A stretch of 64,000 nucleotides of DNA from Nitrospinaceae bacterium (GCA_965223665.1 OZ245011.1:3232001-3296000); one strand, 5' to 3'; shown: positions 1-10,282, counted from the first letter of the stretch. Notes: generated from the sequence alone by a model not told the origin. Numbers and translations: made by a program.

Positions 1-1
1 T

Positions 2-919
2 TGCTCCTTAAAAAATGCCTTAGATAAAAAAATTCCACCCAAAACTGAAGACAATTTATTAATTTCCACATGGAACATCCGTTCGTTTTCTTCTCTTACC
101 CGTAAATGGACGGCTTCAGACAAAGATAGTCCTAAGCGTGACCTGCGTGGATTGCGTGCCATCATAGAAATAATTTCTCGGTTTGATGTGATAGCCATTC
201 AGGAAGTAAAGGGTAATCTTAGAGCATTGCGCGATACCATGCGTTTTTTAGGCGACGATTGGGGATTTCTAATGACGGATGTGACCGCTGGCAAAGCAGG
301 GAATAAGGAACGGTTGGCGTTTTTTTTTCAACGAACACGAGTTCGCCCTACGGGTTTGGCTGCCGAACTGGTTGTGCAACCTGAAAGGTTAGATGCTTTG
401 AATGAAGGATCCCTAAGAGAACAATTTGCGCGAACTCCCTATGCCGTGAGTTTTCAAAGGGGAAAAGCAACATTTATTTTAGTAACCCTACACATTTTAT
501 TTGGAAAGGTTCCTAAGGATCGCCTTCCGGAGTTAAAAGAAATTGCAGATATGTTTCGAGATTGGGCTCGACGCAGCAATCGATTTCATCATAATTTATT
601 ATGTTTGGGAGATTTTAATATTGATCGCGTGGGAAGCCCATTATTTGATGCATTTACATCTACAGGATTGACGATACCAAAAGAACTTGAAAATTTACCC
701 AGAACAATATTTGATGATCCGGACGATCCTACCGACAAATATTACGACCAAATTGCTTGGTTTAGTTCCAGTAAAGGGGCTCTTATTGATCTCCAGGTAT
801 CTAAAGGAGGAAATTTTGATTTCCTGCCCTATGTTTACACAGATTTGGACTTGAGCCGAATTCAAGTATCCTATCGACTATCTGACCATTTACCACTTTG
901 GGTTGAGTTTGCAATATAA
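2..919 (+). CDS. Endonuclease/exonuclease/phosphatase (DNase I-like) family protein, 5'-truncated by the window edge
   Basis: Frame +2 is open from position 2 (CSLKNALDKKIPPKTEDNLLISTWNIRSF...), so the gene extends upstream of the track start at 152. EEP motifs TWNI, IQE, GDFN, YDQI and SDH are present. Confidence 0.85.
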   Translation, partial: CSLKNALDKKIPPKTEDNLLISTWNIRSFSSLTRKWTASDKDSPKRDLRGLRAIIEIISRFDVIAIQEVKGNLRALRDTMRFLGDDWGFLMTDVTAGKAGNKERLAFFFQRTRVRPTGLAAELVVQPERLDALNEGSLREQFARTPYAVSFQRGKATFILVTLHILFGKVPKDRLPELKEIADMFRDWARRSNRFHHNLLCLGDFNIDRVGSPLFDAFTSTGLTIPKELENLPRTIFDDPDDPTDKYYDQIAWFSSSKGALIDLQVSKGGNFDFLPYVYTDLDLSRIQVSYRLSDHLPLWVEFAI

Positions 920-922
920 TCG

Positions 923-1369
923 ATGGAACCACCACTAAAAATCGTTGCTACCTATTCCATGCCCTATCAGGCGCATTTGGCCAAATCTCGGTTGGAAACA
1001 GAGGGGATTTCAGCATTTATTCGCGATGAGCATTTAATTAGTATCGACTGGTTATACTCTCCTGCCTTGGGAGGGGTGAAATTAGAAGTTCCGGAAGGCC
1101 AATGGGAAGAAGCAAAGCAAATATTAGAAACTTCCATTCCTAATGATTTGGAAGAAATGGAAATAATTGAAGGTGACCCAGCTCAAATACCTCCAACTGA
1201 AATAATGACACAATTGGAATGCGCGAACTGTGGCAGTCAGGGTTTTGTAGAGAAAAAGAAAAATCCTGTATCAGGATTTATCAATGGGGTCTTTTTAGGA
1301 ATCCCATATTTTTGGTTTGGCCAGCCTTATTTGTGTAGAGCTTGTGGGCATGTTTTTCGTAAAAGATAA
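923..1369 (+). CDS. DUF2007 (putative signal-transducing) domain protein with C-terminal zinc ribbon
   Basis: AHLAKSRLETEGI...GGVKLEV matches the DUF2007 pattern. CANC and CRAC flank a hydrophobic segment. Confidence 0.7.
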   Translation: MEPPLKIVATYSMPYQAHLAKSRLETEGISAFIRDEHLISIDWLYSPALGGVKLEVPEGQWEEAKQILETSIPNDLEEMEIIEGDPAQIPPTEIMTQLECANCGSQGFVEKKKNPVSGFINGVFLGIPYFWFGQPYLCRACGHVFRKR

Positions 1370-1373
1370 ATTT

Positions 1374-2564
1374 TTAAGTGGTATATTCTGCATTAATTCG
1401 AACATAATCATATGAGAGATCGCAGCCAAACACCTCAGCTTGACCTTTCCCAATGTTTAATCCAATTTGAATGCTGATATATTTATTTTTCATTCGTTTT
1501 TGCAGTATCGATGTTGAAAGATTTGGAACCGGAAGACCATTTTGAACCAATGGAACCTCGTTGAGAGATATGTCAATTTTATTGGTATCAATTGGAACCC
1601 CCGCATAACCCACTGCGCAAATAATGCGTCCCCAATTTGGATCTTGTCCAAATATTGCCGTTTGTACTAGTTTGGAATTTGCTACTGTACGTGCAACGGT
1701 TTCGGCATTTTGGGAGTTTTTAGCACCGGATACTTTTACGGTTACGAATTTTGTAACCCCTTCTCCATCTTTTACAACCTTAAAGGCTAACTCCCGACAC
1801 AATTCAGTTAATGCCGAAACAAATGTTTCAAATTTTTTTGAGCCATCCTTTACAGGGTTATTGGATTTTTCTCCATTTGCGAGTAAAAGTACCATATCAT
1901 TGGTACTCGTTTCCCCGTCAACTGTAATTCGGTTAAAAGTAGTATCAACTGCAATTTTAAGAGCTCTTTGTAAATCTTTTTTCCCCATCGAAATATTTGT
2001 TACCAAAAAGGAAAGCATAGTTGCCATGTTTGGTTGAATCATTCCAGATCCTTTGCAAATACCTCCAATCACAACATCATCATATTGAATGCCAGCCGAT
2101 TTACTGACCAAATCTGTTGTCATTATGGCTTCAGCTGCTTGAGTCCATCCCTTGGGGGACAGTTTGTTTACAAGTACAGGCATTTTTTCTATGATTTTTT
2201 GACTAGGTAATGGAACACCAATTACTCCTGTCGAAGCGATTAATACTTGGTTTGCGGAAACCCCAAAATTTTCGCTCACGGCTTTCACAATTGAATGGCA
2301 GTCTTGAATACCTCTTTCTCCCGTGCAAGCATTAGCATTACCGCTATTTACAATTATGGCTCGAATTGATTTAGATGTTTTTAAAGTTTGGCGGCTTATC
2401 GTTACTGTTGGAGAGCAAACTTTATTTTTAGTAAACACTCCCGCACCTACGGCAGGGCCGATTGAAGCAATTAAAGCTAAGTCTTTTTGCCCTTGATTTT
2501 TTATTCCACAATCGATTCCTGCTACCTCAAATCCAGGAACGTTAAATTTTTTCAATAGTTTCAT
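1374..2564 (-). CDS. argJ: Bifunctional glutamate N-acetyltransferase/amino-acid acetyltransferase ArgJ
   Basis: NSGNANACTG, KGSGMIQPNMATML autocleavage motif, DGETSTND, C-terminal YVRINAEYTT. Confidence 0.97.
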   Translation of the reverse strand: MKLLKKFNVPGFEVAGIDCGIKNQGQKDLALIASIGPAVGAGVFTKNKVCSPTVTISRQTLKTSKSIRAIIVNSGNANACTGERGIQDCHSIVKAVSENFGVSANQVLIASTGVIGVPLPSQKIIEKMPVLVNKLSPKGWTQAAEAIMTTDLVSKSAGIQYDDVVIGGICKGSGMIQPNMATMLSFLVTNISMGKKDLQRALKIAVDTTFNRITVDGETSTNDMVLLLANGEKSNNPVKDGSKKFETFVSALTELCRELAFKVVKDGEGVTKFVTVKVSGAKNSQNAETVARTVANSKLVQTAIFGQDPNWGRIICAVGYAGVPIDTNKIDISLNEVPLVQNGLPVPNLSTSILQKRMKNKYISIQIGLNIGKGQAEVFGCDLSYDYVRINAEYTT

Positions 2565-2569
2565 TTTTT

Positions 2570-3607
2570 TTAGGGAAACTGAGGGGGAAAATTCAAGCCT
2601 AATGTTTCATCAATGCCAAACATAATATTCATATTTTGCACAGCCTGACTAGAAGCCCCTTTCATTAAGTTGTCAATCGCACTTGTAAGGATTGCCCGTT
2701 GATTTCGCTTGTCAAATTGAATTCCTATATCACAAAAGTTTGATCCCATTACATAATGAGTATTTGCGAATTGACCCTCCGGCAAAACTCTAATGAAATG
2801 TTCGTTTTGAAAGAAATCAGTAAATGCCTTAATTAAATTTTCTCGGTTCCATTTTGAAGTAGTATTAATATAGACCGTTGTCAATATTCCCCGGATCATA
2901 GGCATTAAATGCGGGGAAAAGGTAACCGTCACTTTTTTCTTGGAAAGCAGACTTAGTTCCTGTTCGATTTCAGGAGTATGTCGATGTTCCGCTAAACCAT
3001 AAGCAGAAACCCCATCGTGGCTTTCACAAAAATGTGTACCTAAACTTAATTTGCGGCCTGCCCCGGATACCCCGGATTTAGAATCAATTACAATTGAGTC
3101 AAAATCCATTCCACTAAGTTTCATTAATGGGGCTAAAGCCAAAATTGCCCCTGTGGGGTAACAACCGGGATTGGCGACCAAACGAGCTGAACGAATAGAA
3201 TCTCGATGTAACTCGGGCAAGCCATAAACTGCCTCTTTAAGAGATTCACTATTTATATGCGGAGTTTGGTACCAATGTTCGTAAACGTCCGCATCTTGCA
3301 ATCGGTAGTCCGCACTCAGATCCACAATCTTGCATTTTCCATTTTGTAGGTCAGGAACCTGCTTCATGGAAGTGGTATGTGGAAGTGCAAGAAACAGCAA
3401 ATCACATTCTTCGGCTATGGAGGGTTCCAATTTAACTAAAGAGTGATCCATCCACCCTCTTAATGAGGGAGCGACTTCCTGAATTTTTTTCCCGGCATGG
3501 GAATCTGCAGTTAGAGTTTGTATTTTTACTTCGGGATGGTTTAACAATAAACGAAGTAACTCAATTCCTGTGTATCCCGTTGCGCCAGCAATACTTACTT
3601 TTATCAT
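2570..3607 (-). CDS. argC: N-acetyl-gamma-glutamyl-phosphate reductase
   Basis: GATGYTG, ANPGCYPT, SGVSGAGR, IDNLMKGAS motifs; adjacent to argJ. Confidence 0.97.
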   Translation of the reverse strand: MIKVSIAGATGYTGIELLRLLLNHPEVKIQTLTADSHAGKKIQEVAPSLRGWMDHSLVKLEPSIAEECDLLFLALPHTTSMKQVPDLQNGKCKIVDLSADYRLQDADVYEHWYQTPHINSESLKEAVYGLPELHRDSIRSARLVANPGCYPTGAILALAPLMKLSGMDFDSIVIDSKSGVSGAGRKLSLGTHFCESHDGVSAYGLAEHRHTPEIEQELSLLSKKKVTVTFSPHLMPMIRGILTTVYINTTSKWNRENLIKAFTDFFQNEHFIRVLPEGQFANTHYVMGSNFCDIGIQFDKRNQRAILTSAIDNLMKGASSQAVQNMNIMFGIDETLGLNFPPQFP

Positions 3608-3621
3608 GGTTTATTTTCAAT

Positions 3622-3654
3622 AAAAAAGGGAAGACCCGAATAACGGATCTTCCC
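3622..3654 (-). terminator. Intrinsic terminator after rpsI
   Basis: Minus strand reads GGGAAGATCCG-TTATT-CGGGTCTTCCC (11-bp stem with one G-U pair) followed by TTTTTT. Confidence 0.8.
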
Positions 3655-3692
3655 AGACTGATTTTATAAAATAAATGAACTAATTAGTTTTC

Positions 3693-4082
3693 TTAACGTT
3701 TTGAGAATTGGAACCGTTTTCGTGCACCACGTCGACCATATTTTTTTCTTTCAACTTCACGTGAATCTCTAGTTAAGAAACCTGCTTTTTTTAGAGTAGA
3801 TCGTAAATCAGGATTGGCTGTTTGCAAAGCCTTGGAAATACCTAAACGTAAAGCACCCGCTTGTCCAGATAACCCTCCACCCAATACGGTTGCATTTACA
3901 TCAAAAGAACCCAGAGTCTCGGTCAACACTAATGGTTGTCGTACGACCATTTCAGCGGTGGGTCGACGAAAATAGGAAGCTAAGTCCTTCTTATTTACCA
4001 TAATGTTTCCATCGCCTGGAGTAAGCCAAACCTTAGCAATCGCTTCTTTTCTTCGTCCAGTGGCGTAAGACCGATCTTCCAT
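3693..4082 (-). CDS. rpsI: 30S ribosomal protein S9
   Basis: [22 protein letters not shown]...QFSKR motifs. Confidence 0.98.
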   Translation of the reverse strand: MEDRSYATGRRKEAIAKVWLTPGDGNIMVNKKDLASYFRRPTAEMVVRQPLVLTETLGSFDVNATVLGGGLSGQAGALRLGISKALQTANPDLRSTLKKAGFLTRDSREVERKKYGRRGARKRFQFSKR

Positions 4083-4114
4083 AGTTAAATTCTCACACTT
4101 AAAAGTTGTTTATA

Positions 4115-4543
4115 TTAAACCGTTACGGTGTCGGGTTTTTGGCCCCCATGAGGGTGCTGATCATTATCGTAAATTCGGTAATTTTTTTGCAAAGACCGGC
4201 CTAGCCGAGTCTTTGGAAGCATACCGTCAATGGCTTTCTTTAGTAAATCTCGTGGTCGCTTTTCCAACAATTGTTTTGCAGTAGCTGATTTGATTCCACC
4301 TACCCAACCGGTATGACGATAATAAATTTTTTGGTCCCATTTATTCCCGGTAAGCTTAACTTTTTCTGCATTGATGATAATTACGTTATCTCCGGTATCA
4401 ACATGCGGTGTATAAATGGGTTTGGTTTTTCCTCGAATAACAGCGGCAGCTTTACTTGCCACTCGGCCTACAGGCTGGTCCTTGGCATCAATTAAAACCC
4501 AGCCTTTAACCACTTCACCTTTTTTAGCAACATACGTTTTCAT
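4115..4543 (-). CDS. rplM: 50S ribosomal protein L13
   Basis: KPIYTPHVDTGD, YYRHTGWVGG, GMLPK motifs. ATG at 4543 preferred over the track start at 4549. Confidence 0.98.
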   Translation of the reverse strand: MKTYVAKKGEVVKGWVLIDAKDQPVGRVASKAAAVIRGKTKPIYTPHVDTGDNVIIINAEKVKLTGNKWDQKIYYRHTGWVGGIKSATAKQLLEKRPRDLLKKAIDGMLPKTRLGRSLQKNYRIYDNDQHPHGGQKPDTVTV

Positions 4544-4606
4544 GCGCAATTTCTCTAACAGTCTGAATTGTAAGGGTAAATCATTTCAGGAATGATTGAA
4601 TCGTAT

Positions 4607-4635
4607 ATCATAGGAAAATGAACACCTAATGTCAA
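4607..4635 (-). promoter_or_regulatory. Sigma-70 promoter of rplM-rpsI
   Basis: Minus strand TTGACA (4635-4630), 17-nt spacer, TATGAT (4612-4607). Confidence 0.75.
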
Positions 4636-4677
4636 GAAAATCCCGGCTTTTGGGTAAGTAATGAGAATTTAAGTGGT

Positions 4678-6081
4678 TTAATGGGTTCTCAATTTACTTT
4701 TGATTCTCTTTACTGCCTGATTGGCCTGACTTACAATTTCATCAGGGGAGACATTATCTTCTAAAACCAATTTTCCGTTTTGCATTAGAGTTTTTCCATT
4801 TACAAATACATATTTTACGTTACGGGGTTGCGCATTAAAAACTATAGAGTTTATGGGGTTCCAACTTGAGCCGTTATTGACCCCATTCATATCAAGAATA
4901 ATTAAGTCGGCAAATTTACCTGGAGTCAGGGACCCAATTTCATTGTCCATATTGAGGGCTTCGGCTCCCCCGAGAGTTGCCATCCGTAAAATATCCTTAA
5001 CCCCAGGAAAAGAGACAGGATTCAAAGATACAGCGCGTTGCATTCCTACAGCAGCTCTCATATTTGAAAACATATCGCTGGTATCATTGGTGCCTCCGTC
5101 TAAACCTAAACCAATTTTGATCCCTGCATTATATAATTTTTCTATTGGCATTACCCCAGAGGCTAACCGCATATTGCTTAGAGGATTATGTGAGATGGAG
5201 ACGTCATATTTTTTTAACTGAGCTATTTCAAATGAAGAAATGTGAATGACATGGTTCGCAAAAATTTTGCTCCGGAAGGCTCCAGTCTTATTTAAAAGTT
5301 GGAAAGGATTTTCACTTCTTTGAAGTTTACTTTCCAAAAGATGGATGTTAAGAGGCAAATTATATTTTTGAGAAATACCCGACATCACCTGAAGTCCTTC
5401 AGCAGTTGAAGGGGCTGGATGGGCGCATACTTGCAATGAAGCTAAGGGATTGGGATCAGTAAACCGGGTTTTAATGAATTCAATGTCACTCTCAATCTGG
5501 TTGCTCCGTTTATAACAGTAAGCAAAAATAAATCTTAAGCCAGACTTCTCCAACGCTTTTAAGTTTCCTTTGGTAAATTCCGGGGTGAAACTATGTGAGT
5601 TGTCTAAAACTGTGGTGACTCCAGTAGAAATGAGATCAAGAGTGCTTAGACGAACCCCACTATAAGCCTCGGATTCATCTATATTATTTTTGCCCATGGG
5701 GAAGACACATTCTTTGAGCCAACCCATGAGTTCTTTATCTGCCCCACATCCACGAATAAGAGACTGCCACAAATGGTTATGGACATCGACAAAACCTGGT
5801 AATAAAATTTTCTCTCGGCCATTTATTTCGTTTGCATTGGAAGATTTAAGATTTTTGCCAACAGAAATTATTTGGTGGTCAAAAAGAACATCTGAGTTTT
5901 TTATAATACCCAATGAGCCTTCACCCAACTTGGCGTCCATGGTAATAACTATGTCCGCATTTTTAACAAGTGTTTTAGGGGCCGCACTGGGTTTGGAAAA
6001 AACGGTAGAGGTTAATCCTAATGCTAATAAACAAATATAAAAGGCAGCTTGGTATTTTTTGAATGAAGTGAAATCCAGCAT
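4678..6081 (-). CDS. Amidohydrolase (MTA/SAH-deaminase, TrzA/AtzA-like family) with apparent N-terminal signal peptide
   Basis: PGFVDVHNHLW (HxH), IHLLE, HNPLSNMRLASG, GLDG, GSLTPGKFADL. N-terminus KK...FYICLLALGLTSTVFS. Confidence 0.8.
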   Translation of the reverse strand: MLDFTSFKKYQAAFYICLLALGLTSTVFSKPSAAPKTLVKNADIVITMDAKLGEGSLGIIKNSDVLFDHQIISVGKNLKSSNANEINGREKILLPGFVDVHNHLWQSLIRGCGADKELMGWLKECVFPMGKNNIDESEAYSGVRLSTLDLISTGVTTVLDNSHSFTPEFTKGNLKALEKSGLRFIFAYCYKRSNQIESDIEFIKTRFTDPNPLASLQVCAHPAPSTAEGLQVMSGISQKYNLPLNIHLLESKLQRSENPFQLLNKTGAFRSKIFANHVIHISSFEIAQLKKYDVSISHNPLSNMRLASGVMPIEKLYNAGIKIGLGLDGGTNDTSDMFSNMRAAVGMQRAVSLNPVSFPGVKDILRMATLGGAEALNMDNEIGSLTPGKFADLIILDMNGVNNGSSWNPINSIVFNAQPRNVKYVFVNGKTLMQNGKLVLEDNVSPDEIVSQANQAVKRIKSKLRTH

Positions 6082-6213
6082 AGAACTTCCTTTGTGTCAT
6101 GTGGTAAGCTTGCAACTTAGCAGTTAAATTTTAATGTCCATTATTTTTTACCAGAAAAAAATATTTAAAAAATTAAAAACGTTTTTTAATTGCCATTATA
6201 AATAAACACCACT

Positions 6214-8196
6214 ATGTCAGAATTAAAATCCCATTCTTCAGAACAGAAATTGTCACCGGAAATTCCAGAATCTCCATCGCTTGAATCTAATGACCAGTTG
6301 GATGTTACTATCCAAAAAGCTATTGATTATCATTTTTCCACTCAATACCCGGAAGGTTATTGGGTAGAAGAATTAGAATCTAATCCAACTATCACGGCAG
6401 AATATGTTTTTTTAATGCATTTTCTGGGTATTAATGATCCTGAAAGAAGAGAGAAATGCAAAAATTATTTGCTGAAATATCAAAGAAAAGATGGGGGATG
6501 GAATATATACTTCGGTGCCCCGAGTGAGATTAGTACTACAGTGGAGGCTTATATTGCATTAAAAATGACAGGCGTGCCACATAATGCTCCTGAAATGGTA
6601 AGAGCCCGGGAATGCATTTTTGCTAAAGGGGGAATCCGTAAAGTAAGAGTATTTACAAAAATATTTTTGGCCATGTTGGGTCAAAGCTCTTGGGAATTTG
6701 TTCCAGCGACACCAGTAGAATTGATACTACTGCCGAATTGGTTTTACTTCAATATATACGAAATGTCGAGTTGGTCTCGAGGAACTGTGGTTCCTCTTAG
6801 TATCATCTGCACAAAAAAACCGGTTTGGCCGTTACCGAGTGAACAATCTGTGCCAGAAATATTTACCGATGCTGACAAGGACCTTTCAATTAAAGTGAAG
6901 AAGTCGGGCTTAAACTGGCCTAATTTCTTCTTAATGATGGACAAGGTTATAAAAGTATTAGGAAAATGTTCCTGGAAACCATTCAGGAAATTTGCACTCA
7001 ATAAAGCCAAACGATGGACTTTGGATCATCAAGAGCCCGAAGGTGATTTCAGTGGCATTCAACCTGCAATGTTTAACTCTCTTATAGCGCTTAGCTTGTT
7101 GGGTTATGAATTGAATCATCCTGTAATGGTAAAAGGTTTAGAAGCTGTGGATCGTTTTATTATTGATCGGAAAGATCATTTGGTTGTGCAGGCTTGTGTA
7201 TCTCCCTTATGGGATACAGCTATTGCCTGTAACGCATTAATGGATTCTGGTGTTTCTCCAGATCATCCCAAATTAGTCCAAGCTGCTGAGTGGATTTGGA
7301 AAAAGCAGGTTTCCGAGCGGGGAGATTGGAAAATAAAAAATCCATCCACCCCTGCTGGAGGATGGTCATTCGAATTTTTTAATCAAAGTTACCCGGATAC
7401 AGATGATACTGCAGAAATTTTGATGGCATTAAATCGTATTCCCGTCGCAGATAAAGAAAAAAAGAATAAAGAATTCAATCGTGCTTTTACTTGGTTAATG
7501 AGTATGCAAAGTACAAACGGGGGTTGGGGAGCATTTGATCAAGACAATGATCATGAATTATTTAATCAAATTCCTTTTGCCGACCATGGAGCTATGTTGG
7601 ACCCACCTACCGTGGATGTTACGGGTAGAATCCTGTGGCTATTAGGACGAATTCAGCATGATCCTATTGATGCCCAAGTTCAAAGGGCAATTCAGTTTAT
7701 TCGAAAAGAACAAGAGGAGGATGGATGTTGGTTTGGTCGTTGGGGTGTAAATTACATTTATGGAACCTGGCTTGTTCTCTCTGGCCTCAATTCAATTGGT
7801 GAAGATATGAGCCAATCCTATATTTGTAAAGCTGTAGATTGGTTGAAGAAACATCAAAACTCTGATGGTGGTTGGGGAGAAACTTGTGAAAGTTATTCTG
7901 ATCCCACCTTGCGCGGCCAGGGGACAAGTACCAATTCTCAAACTGCATGGGCGGTGATGGCCTTAACGGAGGCGAGTGAAGGTAGTAGTTCCAATGCTAA
8001 AAAAGGAATTGATTATTTAATCCAAAACCAAAAACAAAATGGTTCCTGGTATGAAGATGAGTTTACCGGGACTGGCTTCCCTGGACATTTTTATATTAAG
8101 TATCATATGTACCAACAATTTTTCCCATTAATGGCGTTAGCCCGGTTCAAGCATTTCCAAGACCAAAAATTGGTTCCTGCCCGACAAGCTTCTTGA
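6214..8196 (+). CDS. shc: Squalene-hopene cyclase
   Basis: Catalytic YPDTDDTAE (DxDD) and several QW repeats (QRKDGGW, QSTNGGW, QNSDGGWGE, QKQNGSW). Confidence 0.96.
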   Translation: MSELKSHSSEQKLSPEIPESPSLESNDQLDVTIQKAIDYHFSTQYPEGYWVEELESNPTITAEYVFLMHFLGINDPERREKCKNYLLKYQRKDGGWNIYFGAPSEISTTVEAYIALKMTGVPHNAPEMVRARECIFAKGGIRKVRVFTKIFLAMLGQSSWEFVPATPVELILLPNWFYFNIYEMSSWSRGTVVPLSIICTKKPVWPLPSEQSVPEIFTDADKDLSIKVKKSGLNWPNFFLMMDKVIKVLGKCSWKPFRKFALNKAKRWTLDHQEPEGDFSGIQPAMFNSLIALSLLGYELNHPVMVKGLEAVDRFIIDRKDHLVVQACVSPLWDTAIACNALMDSGVSPDHPKLVQAAEWIWKKQVSERGDWKIKNPSTPAGGWSFEFFNQSYPDTDDTAEILMALNRIPVADKEKKNKEFNRAFTWLMSMQSTNGGWGAFDQDNDHELFNQIPFADHGAMLDPPTVDVTGRILWLLGRIQHDPIDAQVQRAIQFIRKEQEEDGCWFGRWGVNYIYGTWLVLSGLNSIGEDMSQSYICKAVDWLKKHQNSDGGWGETCESYSDPTLRGQGTSTNSQTAWAVMALTEASEGSSSNAKKGIDYLIQNQKQNGSWYEDEFTGTGFPGHFYIKYHMYQQFFPLMALARFKHFQDQKLVPARQAS

Positions 8197-8366
8197 AATT
8201 TTTCTAAATTTTTAAAAAAACTTATCGAGTGTTTTTGCTCAATAACAATTGATTTTCCATTAATAAAGTGTAGGTGCTGAATTACTTTGGAATTGACAAA
8301 TTTATTGGAAAATAAAAAATTTTGCTTACACTAAATTATATATTCCTAAATTTTTTTTAGATAAAT

Positions 8367-9368
8367 ATGATCACAGATTCTATTACTCAGCAAGAACAAT
8401 TTACTCAGGTTATTTTAAATAATGTTCATGATGCGATTATTATTATTAATAACCTGGGAGAAATAGTTTATTGGAATAATAGTGCTCATAAACTATTTGG
8501 ATGGTCCATAGATGAAGTTCGTGGAAAAAATTTGGGTAATTTGATAGTTCCTCAACGATATAGAAAAAGCCATTTCGAAGGAATCAGCCGGTTTTTGCAT
8601 ACCCAGAAAGGGAAAATTTTGGGAGAAATTATAGAAATCGAGGCAATGCATAAAAATGGAAAGGAGTTATCAGTAAATTTAACCATTTCGAATATTTCCT
8701 TTGAGAACTCAAATTTTTTTGTTGGAATCATTAGGGATGTTTCATCTAAAAAAAATCTAGAAGTTGAGCTTCATAAATATGCAGGAGAACTTGAAAAAAG
8801 TAACCAGGCTAAGGACGCACTTATTACTGAGCTTAGAGATCTAAAAAAAGAACTCGAACTTTCCGCACGTACAGACCCTCTCACCCAAATTCCTAACCGA
8901 AGAGATATGATTGAGAAGCTAAAGTATGAATTCCAACGTACTCGCCGGACGCAAAAACAGTTTTGTGTTTTGATGATGGATGTGGACCATTTTAAAACTA
9001 TAAATGATACGATTGGACATGATGGGGGGGATTATGTTCTGATTGAATTAGCGAATCTTTTGCAAGATAGTTCTCGAAAACAGGACATTATTTGTCGTTG
9101 GGGCGGGGAGGAGTTTTTATTTCTTTTACCAGATACAACCTTCGATGGTGGGGTAATTTTAGCTAATAGATTAATTAAAAAAACGGAATCACATTCTTTT
9201 AGTTATATGGAAAAATTAATTCCCGTTACTTTGAGCATTGGTCTGGGGACGCTTGACTTAGAAGAGGAAGATTTCCAGGATTGCATAAAAAGGGCAGATG
9301 AATCTTTGTATAAAGCAAAACGGCTGGGACGTAATCGGTTATTTCCTTTAAATGAACCCCAAATATGA
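8367..9368 (+). CDS. PAS-GGDEF diguanylate cyclase
   Basis: N-terminal PAS, coiled coil, TDPLT, DVDHFK, RxxD I-site (RKQD) and RWGGEEF active site. Confidence 0.92.
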   Translation: MITDSITQQEQFTQVILNNVHDAIIIINNLGEIVYWNNSAHKLFGWSIDEVRGKNLGNLIVPQRYRKSHFEGISRFLHTQKGKILGEIIEIEAMHKNGKELSVNLTISNISFENSNFFVGIIRDVSSKKNLEVELHKYAGELEKSNQAKDALITELRDLKKELELSARTDPLTQIPNRRDMIEKLKYEFQRTRRTQKQFCVLMMDVDHFKTINDTIGHDGGDYVLIELANLLQDSSRKQDIICRWGGEEFLFLLPDTTFDGGVILANRLIKKTESHSFSYMEKLIPVTLSIGLGTLDLEEEDFQDCIKRADESLYKAKRLGRNRLFPLNEPQI

Positions 9369-9415
9369 AATATTGTAGCAGTTTGATGCAGGAATGAATT
9401 AAATCTGGATGGAAA

Positions 9416-9976
9416 TTAAAAATGATGCAAAAGTTCCACTGCAAATTTAGTTCGGTTGAGTTTTTCAGTTGCAGAAGAAATTACCTCTCCACTTGCAATG
9501 TCGACCAAAGCGATATGTACATCAATATTAGATCCAATATCTCTTACAGTTCCATTTACAATAGCTTCCGCGTTAAGCGCATGTCCAATGCGTTTCGTCT
9601 CCTCTTGAGTATAAAGGAAAGAGGGCTGCAGGCTGAGTTTATTTAAGGTTTCTACAACTTCACCTCGTTGCGCGACTCGAAAAAATTTTCGTCTGGTGAT
9701 TGCTTCGACCACCCGGTTGGCCATGTATTCACCTAATACTGGAACCCGTCCTTGATCATCCACCAAATCCATAACAACTACTTTCGTGATTTCATATTCT
9801 TCAACATCTTGAGCAATTTTGTTGATTAAATCTTCGGACTTTTCTTCATAGTATTCAGAGTCTGTTTCTTTATCGAAAAATCTGTCCCATATTTTTGAAG
9901 GTTCCAACTTTAGCTCGCAACCTGTTAAAAGGGAAGCAGTTAACATTATTCCTAAGATAGAATGAAATTTTCTCAT
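9416..9976 (-). CDS. FlgO/CsgG-like outer-membrane lipoprotein
   Basis: Start re-called at ATG 9976 (SD GAGG upstream). Lipobox LTGC. C-terminal 'IGHALNAEAIVNGTV...IALVDIASGEVISSA' is typical of the FlgO/CsgG fold. Confidence 0.65.
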   Translation of the reverse strand: MRKFHSILGIMLTASLLTGCELKLEPSKIWDRFFDKETDSEYYEEKSEDLINKIAQDVEEYEITKVVVMDLVDDQGRVPVLGEYMANRVVEAITRRKFFRVAQRGEVVETLNKLSLQPSFLYTQEETKRIGHALNAEAIVNGTVRDIGSNIDVHIALVDIASGEVISSATEKLNRTKFAVELLHHF

Positions 9977-10023
9977 ACAATAATTCCTCGGTTGGCTTTT
10001 GGACCTGTTCAATTTAAAAATAC

Positions 10024-10040
10024 TGCAAGCCTAATGCCGG
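10024..10040 (-). promoter_or_regulatory. Sigma-54 (-24/-12) promoter of the FlgO-like gene
   Basis: Minus strand CCGGCATTAGGCTTGCA has GG-N10-GC, about 50 nt upstream of ATG 9976. Confidence 0.6.
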
Positions 10041-10282
10041 ATAGGATCTCAAGTGAACCTAATATTTTCAAATACTTTAATATGCTATTTTACAATAGGT
10101 TATATAGCGGATGTTTTGCTATAAAAGTTTAACTGGAAGGAAAAGATTTCCTATTTAAGCAAGAAGTAACGGGTTATATTTGCTTTTTCAAATCTTTAGG
10201 GAATGCCTTTGCTAGCATAGTTATTCAAATTCCTGTATAAAGTAGTAATCCAATTAATTAGGACCTAGCTGGAGAAGTTTGT

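Noticed and set aside
10197-10213. TAGGGAATGCCTTTGCT as a sigma-54 promoter for the 10283 lipoprotein
   Set aside because: Spacing fits, but the -24 element is a poor match to TGGCAC, so support is insufficient.
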